NCBI GenBank assembly: GCA_000166095.1
Contig: CP002278.1
Coordinates: 390,001 to 422,000 of the forward strand
Length of the DNA: 32,000 bases
From: Methanothermus fervidus DSM 2088
Lineage (GTDB): Archaea > Methanobacteriota > Methanobacteria > DSM-2088 > Methanothermaceae
Reading direction: 5' to 3'
The notes under the pieces were generated by a model. It did not search any database and was not told the DNA's origin. It saw only the letters and a list, made by a program, of their open reading frames with translations. This document shows, one piece after another, positions 10,317-21,401 of this stretch. Numbering within the stretch: position 1 is the stretch's first letter; the number at the start of each line of letters is the position of its first letter. The position numbers and the translations under genes are program-made.

Positions 10317-10865
10317 TTGCATGAGAAAAGTAAGGAAATAGGGCTTAGGATAAAGGAATTAAGGAAATTATCAAACATTAGCGCAAAAGAAATGTCTAAA
10401 TTTCTTGGCATACCTGTAGAATTATATAAAAAATATGAAAATGGAGAAGAAGACATTCCTGTAAGTTTACTTTTTGAAGTTGCACAAAAATTAAATGTAG
10501 ATATGGGATTACTACTGACAGGTAAAGAAACAAGAATGCATATTTTTACAGTGACAAGAAAAGGTAAAGGTGTAAAAGTTAAAAGACGGGAAGATTATGA
10601 ATATGAAAGCCTAGCTGAAAAATTTATCCATAAAAAAGCAGAGCCTTTTATTGTTACAGTTAAACCAGGGAAAGGAAAACCCAAAATGAATAGTCATCCT
10701 GGACAGGAATTTGATTATGTATTGAAAGGCACCCTTAAAGTTTATATTCACAATCATGAAATCATTTTAAATGAAGGAGATTCTATATTTTTTGATTCTT
10801 CCTACAAACATGCAATGGAAGCAGTTGGTGACAAAGAAGCAAAATTCTTGGCTATAATAATGTAA
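10317..10865 (+). CDS. XRE-family HTH plus C-terminal cupin domain regulator
   Basis: N-terminal HTH ([50 protein letters not shown]) and cupin ([46 protein letters not shown]). GGGAGGA at 10304-10310 points to TTG 10317 as start. Confidence 0.88.
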   Translation: MHEKSKEIGLRIKELRKLSNISAKEMSKFLGIPVELYKKYENGEEDIPVSLLFEVAQKLNVDMGLLLTGKETRMHIFTVTRKGKGVKVKRREDYEYESLAEKFIHKKAEPFIVTVKPGKGKPKMNSHPGQEFDYVLKGTLKVYIHNHEIILNEGDSIFFDSSYKHAMEAVGDKEAKFLAIIM

Positions 10866-10879
10866 AGTGAGGTGTACTT

Positions 10880-12574
10880 ATGGCATCTTTACTCAATGAA
10901 TTTGTAAATAGAGTAAATTTTGAATCTTACGAAGATTTCAAGAAAAATTTTAAAATAATAGTTCCAGATAATTTCAATTTTGCATATGACGTAGTTGACA
11001 GATATGCTGAGGAAGTACCTGGAAAAAGGGCTCTTGTATGGTGCGATGACAACGGGAATGAAAAGATATTAAATTTTGCGGATATGAAATTACAATCAGA
11101 CAAAGTTGCTAACTTTTTACGAAATTTAGGTGTGAAAAAAGGCGATAAAGTAATGCTAACTCTTAAAGGAAGATATGAATTTTGGTTTTCATTGTTAGCC
11201 TTACATAAAATAGGAGCTATAGCTGTACCTGCTACCCATATGCTCAGAGAAAAGGATATAGTATATCGTATAAAAAAAGCAGGTATAGACACAGTTATCT
11301 CTGTAGATGATAAAGACTTAATTGAGTCTTATGAAAGCGCTGAAAAAAAATTAGGTGTAGAACTCAAGAAAATTATAGTAGGAAATGAAAGAGATGGATG
11401 GTTAAACTTCAGGGAAGAAGTTAAGAAAACACCTTCAAACTTTAAAAAACCAGAAGGTGACAAGTATCCTTCAGGGAATGACATATCTCTTATCTATTTT
11501 TCTTCGGGTACTACTGGAATGCCAAAGATGATCCAACATGATTTCAACTATCCACTTGCACATATAATAACAGCAAAATATTGGCAAAATGTTCGTGAAG
11601 GTGGATTACATTATACATTGTCAGACACAGGTTGGGCAAAATCTGTCTGGGGACAAATATATGGTCAATGGATAGCCGGAAGTGCAGTATTTGTTTATGA
11701 TTTTGATAGGTTTGATCCCCACAAAGTATTGAAGAAAATTGAAAAATATAAAATTAATACTTTTTGTGCACCTCCTACAGTATATAGATTCTTCATAAAG
11801 CAAGATTTATCCAAATATGATTTATCCAGTATAGAACATGCTGTAACTGCTGGTGAGCCTTTAAACCCAGAAGTATTTAAAAAATTTTATGAAGAGACTG
11901 GAATTAAAATCATGGAAGGGTTTGGACAGACAGAATGTACTTTATGTATAGCCAACTTCATTTGGATGGAACCAAAACCAGGATCTATGGGTAAGCCATC
12001 GCCACTTTACGATGTAAAAGTTGTTGACAAAGAAGGCAATGAAGTAGACATTGGAGAAGAAGGAGAAATAGCAATTGATACTTCTGATGGTAGGCCTTTA
12101 GGACTATTTCTAGGCTATTATAAAGATCCTGAAAAAACAAAAAAAGCATGGCATAATGATTTGTATCACACAGGAGATACAGCATGGGTAGATGAAGATG
12201 GATACTTTTGGTTTGTTGGAAGAAACGATGACGTAATAAATAGTTCAGGATATCGTATAGGTCCGTTTGAAGTAGAAAGTGCTATTATTTCACATCCTGC
12301 AGTTCTTGAATGTGCAGTGACTGGTTATCCAGATCCAATTAGAGGTCAGGTTGTAAAAGCAACTATAGTATTAACTGATGGATATGAACCATCTGAAAAA
12401 CTAAAAAAGGAAATTCAAGAACATGTAAAGAAAGTTACAGCGCCATATAAATATCCAAGAATAATTGAGTTTGTCGATGAATTACCAAAGACTATTAGTG
12501 GTAAAATCAAGAGGGCCGAAATAAGGAAAAGAGACGAGATGAGATATAAAAAAGAACAACAAAAGAAATTATGA
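10880..12574 (+). CDS. AMP-dependent acyl-CoA synthetase (acetyl/medium- or branched-chain type)
   Basis: AMP-binding motif [63 protein letters not shown] and the acylation-domain lysine region KTISGKIKR. Confidence 0.93.
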   Translation: MASLLNEFVNRVNFESYEDFKKNFKIIVPDNFNFAYDVVDRYAEEVPGKRALVWCDDNGNEKILNFADMKLQSDKVANFLRNLGVKKGDKVMLTLKGRYEFWFSLLALHKIGAIAVPATHMLREKDIVYRIKKAGIDTVISVDDKDLIESYESAEKKLGVELKKIIVGNERDGWLNFREEVKKTPSNFKKPEGDKYPSGNDISLIYFSSGTTGMPKMIQHDFNYPLAHIITAKYWQNVREGGLHYTLSDTGWAKSVWGQIYGQWIAGSAVFVYDFDRFDPHKVLKKIEKYKINTFCAPPTVYRFFIKQDLSKYDLSSIEHAVTAGEPLNPEVFKKFYEETGIKIMEGFGQTECTLCIANFIWMEPKPGSMGKPSPLYDVKVVDKEGNEVDIGEEGEIAIDTSDGRPLGLFLGYYKDPEKTKKAWHNDLYHTGDTAWVDEDGYFWFVGRNDDVINSSGYRIGPFEVESAIISHPAVLECAVTGYPDPIRGQVVKATIVLTDGYEPSEKLKKEIQEHVKKVTAPYKYPRIIEFVDELPKTISGKIKRAEIRKRDEMRYKKEQQKKL

Positions 12575-12589
12575 TTTTGGGGATAGAGA

Positions 12590-13624
12590 ATGGGTGTACA
12601 ATTAGTTAGAGGGAATAGTGCAATAGTAATTGGAGCATTGTATGCTGGCTGTGATTGTTTTTTTGGATACCCTATTACACCTGCTAGTGAAATACTTCAT
12701 GAGGCATCTAGATATTTCCCAATGCTTGGAAGAAAATTCGTTCAGGCAGAATCAGAGGAAGCTGCCATAAATATGGTTTATGGAGCAGCTGCCGCGGGAC
12801 ATAGAGCAATGACAGCGTCTTCAGGACCTGGAATGAGTTTAATGCAAGAAGGTATTTCATATTTAGCTGGGTCTGAACTCCCTGCAGTAATTGTAAATAT
12901 TATGAGAGCAGGTCCTGGTTTAGGAAACATAGGACCTGAACAAGGTGACTATAATCAGATTGTAAAAGGCGGCGGACATGGTAATTATAAAAACATGGTT
13001 TTAGCTCCAAATAGTGTTCAAGAAATGTGCGATTTAACAATGGATGCATTTGACTTGGCAGAAAAATATAGAAATCCAGTTGTTATTCTTGCCGATGGTG
13101 TTTTAGGACAGATGGCAGAACCAATGAGATTTCCATCAAAAGCTATAAAACCAAATTTAAATAAAGATTGGGCAGTTCGTGGAACAAAAGACTCTCGAGG
13201 GAATCTTATAACATCTATACGTTTAGATTTTGACAAACTTGAAAAATTAAATAAAAAATTACAAAAAAAATACAAAAAAATGAAAGAAGATGTTAGATAT
13301 GAAGAATATAAAACAGAAGATGCTGAAATTATTTTGGTTGCTTATGGCATAAGCAGTAGGATCTCTAAACATGCTGTAGATATAGCAAGAGATAAGGGAA
13401 TTAAAGTTGGTTTATTGAGGCCTATAACTTTATTTCCATTTCCTGAAAATAAATTGAACAAGTTAAGTGAAGAAGGATGTAAGTTTGTAGCAGTGGAGAT
13501 GAGCAATGGTCAAATGAAAGAAGAAATAGAAAGAATAACAAAGCAAAAGGTTCACATTGTCAGCAGAATGGGTGGAAACATTATAGAAGTAAGAGATATC
13601 CTTCAAAAACTTTATAAATTCTAG
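12590..13624 (+). CDS. vorB: 2-oxoacid (2-ketoisovalerate):ferredoxin oxidoreductase alpha subunit
   Basis: [63 protein letters not shown], and [13 protein letters not shown]. Substrate assignment from size (344 aa), fused partner and neighbourhood. Confidence 0.82.
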   Translation: MGVQLVRGNSAIVIGALYAGCDCFFGYPITPASEILHEASRYFPMLGRKFVQAESEEAAINMVYGAAAAGHRAMTASSGPGMSLMQEGISYLAGSELPAVIVNIMRAGPGLGNIGPEQGDYNQIVKGGGHGNYKNMVLAPNSVQEMCDLTMDAFDLAEKYRNPVVILADGVLGQMAEPMRFPSKAIKPNLNKDWAVRGTKDSRGNLITSIRLDFDKLEKLNKKLQKKYKKMKEDVRYEEYKTEDAEIILVAYGISSRISKHAVDIARDKGIKVGLLRPITLFPFPENKLNKLSEEGCKFVAVEMSNGQMKEEIERITKQKVHIVSRMGGNIIEVRDILQKLYKF

Positions 13625-13634
13625 GAGGAGCAGC

Positions 13635-15068
13635 ATGGGTAAAAAAATCTTAAAAAAACCAAATTCTCTTTACAATGTATTTCATAGAAAAGAATATGGG
13701 CCAAAAACTGCAACACATTATTGTCCTGGTTGTGGTCATGGGATTTTGCATAAGTTAATTGCTGAATGTATAGATGAACTTGGAATACAAGATCAAACTA
13801 TTCTCATAAGTCCGGTAGGATGTGCAGTTTTTGCTTATTATTATTTTGATTGTGGTAATATACAAGCTGCACATGGTAGAGCTCCAGCTGTTGGTACAGG
13901 AGTGTCCCGAGCTGAAGATGATGCAATAGTGATACTATATCAAGGAGATGGAGATCTTGCATCTATAGGTTTGAATGAAACAATACAGGCTGCCAATAGA
14001 GGAGAAAGAATGGCTGTATTTTTTGTTAATAATACTGTTTATGGTATGACAGGTGGAGAAATGGCTCCAACAACATTAGTGGATGAAATCACGACAACAA
14101 CACCCCAAGGTAGAGACCCAAAACTTACTGGTTATCCAATACATATATGTGAATTATTAAATAAACTTAAAGCTCCAGTCTTTATAGAAAGAGTCTCACT
14201 TTATGATGCAAAAAGTATAAGAAAAGCAAAAATTGCCATAAAAAAGGCTCTTAAAATACAAAAAGAAAGAAAAGGTTATGCATTTGTAGAGGTACTTTCA
14301 CCATGCCCTACTAATTTTAACCATGAAATAACCGACGTTAAAAATTTCATGAAAAAAATGGAAGAAGAATTCCCTGTAAAAAATTTCAGAGATTTTAGTA
14401 AAGATGTTAAACCAATGCCAAAAATGAAAAGTGATTTTTCAAAAGAAAGTTTAGATAAAATCTTTAAAATAAATGAAAGATCTTTGCCATCTCCAAAACA
14501 TGATAAAAGGTTTGAAGAAATTAAAATAAAGCTCGCAGGGTTTGGAGGTCAGGGAATTATCAGTATGGGATTCATTTTGGCTCAAGCAGGGTGCATTGAA
14601 AGAAAATATGTTACCTGGTATCCATCTTATGGTCCAGAACAAAGAGGAGGAATTTCTAGCTGTGATGTCGTTATTTCAGGAAGTGAAGTATCTTCTCCAG
14701 TTGTCCATGAACCTAATATATTGGTTGCATTTACTCAAAGTTCAATTGAAAAATTTAAAGATAAAGTAAAGGATGTTATTTTATATGATTCAACAACTTT
14801 CAGATTTGAAGAACCTACAGATTTAAACATTATAGCAGTTCCTGCATTAAAAATTGCAAAAAAAGAAGGTATTAAAAGAGCTGCCAACACTGCAATGTTA
14901 GGGGCTCTAACAGAATTAAATTTAATAAATATATCAAAAGATTCATTTAAATCAGCAATAAAAATGGCTTTTCAAGGAAAAGACAAAATAATCAACAAAA
15001 ATTTAGAAATATTTGAAAAAGGTGCAAAATGGGCAAGAGAAAATTTATCAGAAATTAATATCATCTAA
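13635..15068 (+). CDS. vorA: 2-oxoacid (2-ketoisovalerate):ferredoxin oxidoreductase, fused TPP-binding beta plus gamma subunits
   Basis: TPP domain YCPGCGHG...[19 protein letters not shown]...[16 protein letters not shown] followed by gamma-type domain [23 protein letters not shown]...YGPEQRGG in one 477-aa ORF. Confidence 0.84.
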   Translation: MGKKILKKPNSLYNVFHRKEYGPKTATHYCPGCGHGILHKLIAECIDELGIQDQTILISPVGCAVFAYYYFDCGNIQAAHGRAPAVGTGVSRAEDDAIVILYQGDGDLASIGLNETIQAANRGERMAVFFVNNTVYGMTGGEMAPTTLVDEITTTTPQGRDPKLTGYPIHICELLNKLKAPVFIERVSLYDAKSIRKAKIAIKKALKIQKERKGYAFVEVLSPCPTNFNHEITDVKNFMKKMEEEFPVKNFRDFSKDVKPMPKMKSDFSKESLDKIFKINERSLPSPKHDKRFEEIKIKLAGFGGQGIISMGFILAQAGCIERKYVTWYPSYGPEQRGGISSCDVVISGSEVSSPVVHEPNILVAFTQSSIEKFKDKVKDVILYDSTTFRFEEPTDLNIIAVPALKIAKKEGIKRAANTAMLGALTELNLINISKDSFKSAIKMAFQGKDKIINKNLEIFEKGAKWARENLSEINII

Positions 15069-16727
15069 TAAAGAAAATTCATTTATATCCATTAATAATT
15101 CTGCAGACTTAATATTTACTTTAATTCCATTCTCTTTTAGGGCAGCAATTAAATTTAAACCACCAGGAGTAACAATTCCTACTCTATATCTTTCCACTTT
15201 TGCATTATATAAAATTTCATTCGTTTTGCCAACCTTCATAATTTGAAAATTGGCTTTTTTAAGTTTTTTAATTACCTTTAAAGCCTTGTTTCTTGCTAAG
15301 TATGGTATTTCTCTCAAACTTGCCAATATTGTGGAAGTTTTAGATGATCTATATATTTTTGTCATGTTCTTTGAAATATATATCTCATGAGGGTCAAAAG
15401 ATGATCCACTATAATCTATAAGTTCTACAAATCTTTTTTTATTATTTTTTATTTCAAGTAAACCTCCATATCTTGGAACAGACATTATTCCATTGTTTAT
15501 AAGTACGCCATCTATAGTCAAACTACATACAGTTGCTATATCTACTTTATTATCTCTTTCTTTTAATTTTATAGAAGGAAACACAGAATATTCTGGTTTT
15601 TCATCAATAATGGTTTGAAATATTTCCAATGCATCATTTAAGTATTTTTTATCTATAGTTGATAAATTTGCAATGACTTTTCCATCCAATTTTTTGATAT
15701 CCAAGTCTACCTGTCCTATTAGATTCCACACTTTTGTTAATAAAGGCACGATTTTCTTACCTTTCTCTTTTTTACTCTTTTTTAGGATCGGATTTGTTTG
15801 TGTTATGGTTTTAAGATTTTTAAATTCTGTTAAATCCTCAGCAACTTTAATATCAATATCATATCCTGCTTCATGTACCGCACAAATTGGAGTAATGCCC
15901 CCAACTATTGCTATTCCAATCATTCCATCATCTACCGGTACTCCCAATACTTTTTTTTCTCCAATTTTTAGTAAACCATTTATACCTATTTTACGAAGTT
16001 TTTTAAATAGATTTATTGCTTTTTCTTTAGCAGACTTTGGTATAATACGAAAATTAGCAGGAATTTTCCCCTTACCTTCATTTACTACATCAAGAACTGA
16101 AGTTAATTCCTTTGTAGCAAATGCTTCTAATGGTGTCATCGAAGTTTTCTTATATTCAATCAACTCTGTAAACTTTATTGGACGGAAATCTTCAACTTCG
16201 ACTAATCCTCCAAACTTAGGTATTACTGGAATTCCTTCATTTAAAAGCATTCCATCTACTGTGGTTCCACAAATAGTTTTTACTTCATATTTTCCATTTT
16301 TTTTATTTAATCCTACTTTAGGACTTACACACAACCCCGTATGGAAAATCTTTTTCATCATGTTAAAAGCTTCAGATGGAATCACTGATATGTTTACAAC
16401 AACTTTACCTTCACCTGTTTTTGGATTCAACGTTGTTTCATACATCATATTTTCGAATCTGGAAAATATGAAATCAACCTGATCATATACAAGGCCTCTT
16501 TCTACTTCTTTTAATCCTTTTTTTGTTATTTTCCTACCAGAATAACCTATACGTTTTGTAAGTCCTCTTTCGTCAAGTATACGCATGTGGTATCTTACAG
16601 CCCTTTCTCCAATATCATATCCTCTCTCTTTAAGTTCTCTTGCTACAGCTCTTGCCCCCAAGACTTCATTATGTTCGGCAAGAATTCTTAAAATTTCTAA
16701 TAATTTTTTATCAAATTCTTTAAACAT
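15048..16727 (-). CDS. nrpR: NrpR family transcriptional repressor (nitrogen/2-oxoglutarate responsive)
   Basis: N-terminal winged HTH ([49 protein letters not shown]) followed by two tandem NRD-type repeats ([25 protein letters not shown] / [24 protein letters not shown]). ATG at 16727. Confidence 0.92.
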   Translation of the reverse strand: MFKEFDKKLLEILRILAEHNEVLGARAVARELKERGYDIGERAVRYHMRILDERGLTKRIGYSGRKITKKGLKEVERGLVYDQVDFIFSRFENMMYETTLNPKTGEGKVVVNISVIPSEAFNMMKKIFHTGLCVSPKVGLNKKNGKYEVKTICGTTVDGMLLNEGIPVIPKFGGLVEVEDFRPIKFTELIEYKKTSMTPLEAFATKELTSVLDVVNEGKGKIPANFRIIPKSAKEKAINLFKKLRKIGINGLLKIGEKKVLGVPVDDGMIGIAIVGGITPICAVHEAGYDIDIKVAEDLTEFKNLKTITQTNPILKKSKKEKGKKIVPLLTKVWNLIGQVDLDIKKLDGKVIANLSTIDKKYLNDALEIFQTIIDEKPEYSVFPSIKLKERDNKVDIATVCSLTIDGVLINNGIMSVPRYGGLLEIKNNKKRFVELIDYSGSSFDPHEIYISKNMTKIYRSSKTSTILASLREIPYLARNKALKVIKKLKKANFQIMKVGKTNEILYNAKVERYRVGIVTPGGLNLIAALKENGIKVNIKSAELLMDINEFSLLDDINF

Positions 16728-16876
16728 GAAAAACACCAACTGAAAAATTTAAAATTTAAAACTTATGATACACTAAAAACTTTTTTATTGAATCACTTAA
16801 AAAATTATATAGATAAATTATACTATTTGAGATTAACTATTTTTGCAAATTTTTATTAGAAGGAAGGAGGAGTAGT

Positions 16877-17095
16877 GTGAAAGTTAAAAAAGATGCAAAA
16901 AAAATATTAGATGAATTTTCTAAAGCATTGGAAAATATACCTAAATTAGATGAGACATATTACATTGTTGATAATACTAATAGAACACGCCCTGACGTTG
17001 TTTCAAAGACTAAAAATCCAACTAAACTTTTAAAAAATGCTAAAACTAATGAAAAAGGGGAAATAATAGTCGAAAGAGGTAAATGGGTCAAATGA
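16877..17095 (+). CDS. gatC: Small protein resembling archaeal Asp/Glu-tRNA amidotransferase subunit C
   Basis: 72 aa, GTG start with AGGAAGGAGG upstream; LDETYYIVDNTNRTRPD...LLKNAKTNEKGEIIVERGKWVK, with a GatC-like C-terminal segment. Position upstream of ACT protein and hom resembles methanobacterial genomes as I recall them. Confidence 0.6.
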   Translation: MKVKKDAKKILDEFSKALENIPKLDETYYIVDNTNRTRPDVVSKTKNPTKLLKNAKTNEKGEIIVERGKWVK

Positions 17096-17106
17096 AGGGA
17101 AAAATA

Positions 17107-17599
17107 ATGCGAATGAATCTTGTTCTTGAGCTTCTAGATGTTCCAGGACAACTGTTTAATGCATTAAAACCTATAGCTTCTGCTGGTGCCAATATAGTAA
17201 CAATAATACACGAAAGAGAAAAAAGCGCTAGAGGAAAAAAAAGTACCAGTTTCAATAACAATTGAAGGTGATAAAAAAACTCTAGATTTAGCACTTGAAG
17301 GATTAAAAGCAGCAGGAATACCCATTGTCAAAATTGACGGTGTTACACAAAAAGAAGATACAACCTTAATATTCATTGGAAAAAACATGGATCAAAAAAT
17401 CCAAGAAATTTTAAATAAAGTAGATTCTATTACTGAAACAAGAATTGTAGACTTATCTTTTAAAATTTCCCATAAACCAGGAACAGCTGCAGCAAAATTA
17501 GTTATAGAAACTCCAAAAAATAAAAAAGAAAGTGTAATAGGGAAAGTAAAGAAACTTGCATCGAAAAGAAATATTCTAGTGATATGTGAGGCAGGATAA
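17107..17599 (+). pseudogene. ACT-domain protein, reading frame interrupted by a one-base surplus in an A8 run
   Basis: Frame 1 (ORF 17083-17265): MRMNLVLELLDVPGQLFNALKPIASAGANIVTIIHEREKSARGKK. Removing one A from A8 (17235-17242) continues as VPVSITIEGDKKTLDLALEGLKAAGIPIVKIDGVTQKEDTTLIFIGKNMDQKIQEILNKVDS...NILVICEAG, ending at 17599. The ACT core is split across the two frames. Confidence 0.75.
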
Positions 17600-17600
17600 G

Positions 17601-18611
17601 ATGAGATTGTGTTTAGTGGGTTTTGGATCTGTAGGACAAGGAGTTGCAGAAGCATTGTTATTAAAAAATAAGTTTTTGAAAAAAAGATATGGTCTAAATG
17701 TTAAAGTTGTAGCAGTAGCCGATTCCTCAGGAGCTGCACTTAATCAAAATGGGTTAAATCTTGAAAAATTATTAAAAATAAAGCAAAAGACAGGGAAAGT
17801 ATCAAATTATCCTAATTATGGCGTTGAAGGCGTTACTGCACTTGAAGTCCTAGATGAAATAGATTATGATTGCTTAGTTGAAATGACACCAACCAATATT
17901 ACTGATGGTGAGCCAGCAAGAAAATTAACAATAAAAGCTATAAAAGATGGCAAAGATGTTGTGACCTCAAATAAAGGACATTTAGCTCTTTATTTCCCAA
18001 AACTTATGAAAATTGCCAAAAAGAATAATGTTAAATTTAAATTTGAGGCATCAGTAGGAGGGGCCATGCCAATCATAAATTTTGCAAAATATAATTTACC
18101 TTCATGTAGTATAGAATCTATCATAGGAATATTAAATGGAACAACAAATTTTATATTATCTAGAATGGCATCTGAAGGATCATCGTATGAACAGGCTTTA
18201 AAAGAAGCACAGGAACTAGGAATAGCAGAAACAGATCCAACATATGATGTTGAAGGTATAGATGCTGCTTGCAAATCTGTTATTTTGGCTAATTCAATTA
18301 TGGAATTAAATTGTACTCTAGAAGATGTTGATATTACTGGGATAACAAATATAACCCCGGAAGCTATAGATTTAGCTAAAGATGAAGGATATTTAATAAA
18401 ATTAATAGCAGAAATATCTAAAGATAGGATGGAAGTTTCACCAAGACTTGTAGATAAAAATTCACCATTAGCAGTTGATGGTACTTTAAATGTAGCAATG
18501 TTAAAAACAGATCTTGCAAAAAATATTACTGTTATGGGACGTGGAGCAGGTCCATTAGAAACTGCATCTGCAATACTTACAGACATCATAAATATATGGC
18601 GAGAAAAATGA
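17601..18611 (+). CDS. hom: Homoserine dehydrogenase
   Basis: [75 protein letters not shown] at 17601 directly after the TAA of the ACT frame. Confidence 0.95.
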   Translation: MRLCLVGFGSVGQGVAEALLLKNKFLKKRYGLNVKVVAVADSSGAALNQNGLNLEKLLKIKQKTGKVSNYPNYGVEGVTALEVLDEIDYDCLVEMTPTNITDGEPARKLTIKAIKDGKDVVTSNKGHLALYFPKLMKIAKKNNVKFKFEASVGGAMPIINFAKYNLPSCSIESIIGILNGTTNFILSRMASEGSSYEQALKEAQELGIAETDPTYDVEGIDAACKSVILANSIMELNCTLEDVDITGITNITPEAIDLAKDEGYLIKLIAEISKDRMEVSPRLVDKNSPLAVDGTLNVAMLKTDLAKNITVMGRGAGPLETASAILTDIINIWREK

Positions 18612-19783
18612 AATATGTAATTCTAGTTGGCGACGGGATGGCTGATTATCCTATAGAGGATCTAGGTAATAAAACGCCACTACAAGTAGCAAATAAGCCT
18701 AATATGGATGAGCTAGCTAAAAAAGGTTGTAGTGGCCTTTTAAAAACTATACCTAAAGGTATGAATCCAGGTTCAGATGTAGCAAATTTATCTATTTTCG
18801 GATATAATCCCAAAAAATATTATACTGGAAGAGGTCCATTAGAAGCAGCAAGTCTTGGAATTAAATTGAAAAATGATGAAGTAGCATTTAGATGTAATTT
18901 TGTAACTGTAAATAATAATGTTATGGTAGATTTCAGTGCTGATCATATAACTACTGAAGAATCTAAAGAATTAATTAATGTTTTAAATAATAAAATAAAA
19001 AGTGGTAAGTTTTACGTTGGTGTAAGTTATAGAAATATATTCATATATCCTGATGGAAAAATCAATAAATTAAAAACTACTCCACCACATGACATAGTTG
19101 GTGAACGCATTGATAAATATTTACCAAAAGGTGAAAATTCGAAGAAGATTGTTGAGATAATGGAAAAATCTAGAGAGATTCTTAATAATCATCCAATCAA
19201 CAAGCAGCGAGAAAAAAATGGTAAAAAGCCAGCGAACATGATATGGCTATGGGGACAAGGAAAAAGGCCAAAAATGATACCATTCGAAAAGAGATTTAAT
19301 ATTAAAGGCGCAACGATAGCAGCAGTTGATTTAATAAAAGGGATTGGTAGTTATTTAGGTCTCAAAAATATAGAAGTCCCTGGTGCTACAGGCTATATTG
19401 ATACAAATTATAAAGCTAAGGGTAAATATGCTATAAAAGCCTTAAATAATTATGATTTTGTTTATATACATGTTGAAGCTCCTGATGAAGCTGGTCATGC
19501 AGGCGATGTAGAAGAAAAAATTAAGGCAATTGAAAATATAGATTCTAAGATTTTAGGTCAAATTATTGACAATGTAAATATGGAAGAATTAACGATAGCA
19601 GTGCTTCCTGATCATTTCACCCCAGTTTCTGTGAAGACACATACATCAGAACCAGTACCGTATGTCCTTTATTCACCACGACTTAAACCTGATGACGTTT
19701 ATAGCTATGATGAATTTTCTGCTAAAAATGGTTCACTTGGTATAGATAAAGGCTATAATTTAATAAAAAAGATGATGGGGTGA
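18608..19783 (+). CDS. apgM: 2,3-bisphosphoglycerate-independent phosphoglycerate mutase, archaeal ApgM type
   Basis: [93 protein letters not shown] overlap with hom at 18608-18611. Confidence 0.93.
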   Translation: MKYVILVGDGMADYPIEDLGNKTPLQVANKPNMDELAKKGCSGLLKTIPKGMNPGSDVANLSIFGYNPKKYYTGRGPLEAASLGIKLKNDEVAFRCNFVTVNNNVMVDFSADHITTEESKELINVLNNKIKSGKFYVGVSYRNIFIYPDGKINKLKTTPPHDIVGERIDKYLPKGENSKKIVEIMEKSREILNNHPINKQREKNGKKPANMIWLWGQGKRPKMIPFEKRFNIKGATIAAVDLIKGIGSYLGLKNIEVPGATGYIDTNYKAKGKYAIKALNNYDFVYIHVEAPDEAGHAGDVEEKIKAIENIDSKILGQIIDNVNMEELTIAVLPDHFTPVSVKTHTSEPVPYVLYSPRLKPDDVYSYDEFSAKNGSLGIDKGYNLIKKMMG

Positions 19784-19787
19784 TAAA

Positions 19788-21401
19788 CTGGTAAAATATA
19801 TCATTTTTACTGGTGGCGTAGTAAGTTCTGTAGGTAAAGGCATAACTTTAGCTTCAATTGGAAGAATACTTAGATCTTATGGTCTACGTGTAACAGCAAT
19901 CAAAATAGATCCATATCTCAACTGGGATGCTGGAACCTTAAATCCATATCAACATGGGGAAGTATTTGTCACTGAAGATGGTATGGAAACAGATTTAGAT
20001 ATTGGACACTATGAACGATTTTTAGATGTGAATTTACCAGGTGAAGCAAATATCACAACTGGAAAAGTGTATCTATCTGTTATCAAAAAAGAAAGAGAAG
20101 GTAAATTTTTAGGATCATGTGTTCAAATTATACCTCATGTCACAGATGAAATAAAAAGAAGGATTAGGAATATATCAGAAAGAGATGATAATGACGTTGC
20201 ATTAGTTGAAGTAGGTGGCACTGTAGGAGATATAGAAGGTCAACCATTTTTAGAAGCCTTAAGACAATTGAAAAATGAAGAAAATTATGAAAATGTGATG
20301 TTCATTCATGTAACTTATGTTCCTTATCTAAAGTCAGCTGGAGAACTTAAAACAAAACCTACACAACATAGTACAAAAGAGCTTAGAAGTATGGGTATAA
20401 ATCCTGACATGATAATATGTAGAAGTGAAATTCCCATAGATGTTAACACAAAAAATAAAATTGCTCATTTTTGTGATGTAGAACCAAATGCCGTTATAAA
20501 CGTTCCTGATGTAAGTTCGATATATGAAGTTCCACTAATTTTAAATAAACAAAACGTAGGGGAATATATAATAAATAGACTCAATCTAAAGCCAAGATCT
20601 CCTTTTGACATGTCTCGTTGGGAAAAAATTGTAAAAATGATGAAAGTAAAGAAACCTTCTGTTACTGTTGGCATAGTTGGAAAATATGTAGAACTAGAAG
20701 ACTCATATATAAGTATAAGAGAAGCATTAAGGCACGCAGCCGCTAAAGTTGGTGTAAATGTTAATATTGAATGGATTAGCGCCGACAAAGATCTCAAGAA
20801 AGAAAATTTTGAAAATTTAGACTCTATACTAGTTCCAGGAGGCTTTGGTTCAAGAGGCGTTGAAGGGAAATTAAAGGTCATACGACATGCTATGAATAAC
20901 AAAGTCCCAATTTTTGGAATATGTTTGGGCATGCAATGTATGGTTATTGAATTTGCTAGACAACATGGCCTCAAAAATGCTAACAGCACAGAATTTGACA
21001 AAAATACACCATATCCAGTTATAGATTTAATGGAAGAACAGAAAAAGATAAGAAAGATGGGAGGAACAATGCGACTTGGAGCTTATCCCTGTAAAATAAA
21101 GAAAGGCACAATTTCATATGATGCATATAAAAAAGATCTTGTATATGAAAGGCATAGACATAGATACGAAGTAAATAATGAATATAGAGACATTTTAGAA
21201 GAGGAAGGACTCGTAATAGCCGGAGTTTCTCCTGATAATTTTTTAGTTGAAATTATTGAACTAGAAGACCATCCATGGTTTTTAGGATGTCAATTTCATC
21301 CAGAATTTAAATCAAGACCCAACAGACCTCATCCATTGTTTGTTTCTTTCATTGAGGCATCATTGAATAATAAAAAATTAAGAGACAGGGATAAAAAATG
21401 A
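19788..21401 (+). CDS. pyrG: CTP synthase; full-length frame extends 65 codons upstream of the ORF-track start
   Basis: Codons 19788 onward read (CTG)VKYIIFTGGVVSSVGKGITLASIGRILRSYGLRVTAIKIDPYLNWDAGTLNPYQHGEVFVTEDGMETDLDIGHYERF, the invariant CTP synthase N-terminus; glutaminase domain has LGMQCMVIEFAR and CQFHPEF. Total 537 codons. Confidence 0.95.
   Translation: MVKYIIFTGGVVSSVGKGITLASIGRILRSYGLRVTAIKIDPYLNWDAGTLNPYQHGEVFVTEDGMETDLDIGHYERFLDVNLPGEANITTGKVYLSVIKKEREGKFLGSCVQIIPHVTDEIKRRIRNISERDDNDVALVEVGGTVGDIEGQPFLEALRQLKNEENYENVMFIHVTYVPYLKSAGELKTKPTQHSTKELRSMGINPDMIICRSEIPIDVNTKNKIAHFCDVEPNAVINVPDVSSIYEVPLILNKQNVGEYIINRLNLKPRSPFDMSRWEKIVKMMKVKKPSVTVGIVGKYVELEDSYISIREALRHAAAKVGVNVNIEWISADKDLKKENFENLDSILVPGGFGSRGVEGKLKVIRHAMNNKVPIFGICLGMQCMVIEFARQHGLKNANSTEFDKNTPYPVIDLMEEQKKIRKMGGTMRLGAYPCKIKKGTISYDAYKKDLVYERHRHRYEVNNEYRDILEEEGLVIAGVSPDNFLVEIIELEDHPWFLGCQFHPEFKSRPNRPHPLFVSFIEASLNNKKLRDRDKK

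Noticed and set aside
13263-13270. A8 tract in vorB as a slippage-dependent frameshift site
   Set aside because: The reading frame is intact through the tract ([16 protein letters not shown]), so no shift is needed; useful only as a control tract.
15673-16482. 269-aa plus-strand ORF antisense to nrpR
   Set aside because: Fully embedded opposite a well-supported NrpR; low-complexity Ser/Thr/Pro/Phe composition typical of a shadow reading frame; no motif.
16728-16876. NrpR operator (GGAA-N6-TTCC type) in the nrpR/gatC divergent region
   Set aside because: I looked for the dyad and did not find it; the region is AT-rich with only TATA-like elements.
17990-18589. 199-aa minus-strand ORF antisense to hom
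   Set aside because: Lies opposite clear homoserine dehydrogenase motifs; composition is that of a reverse-complement artefact.
20465-21001. 178-aa minus-strand ORF antisense to pyrG
   Set aside because: Opposite conserved CTP synthase sequence, no recognisable domain or ribosome site.
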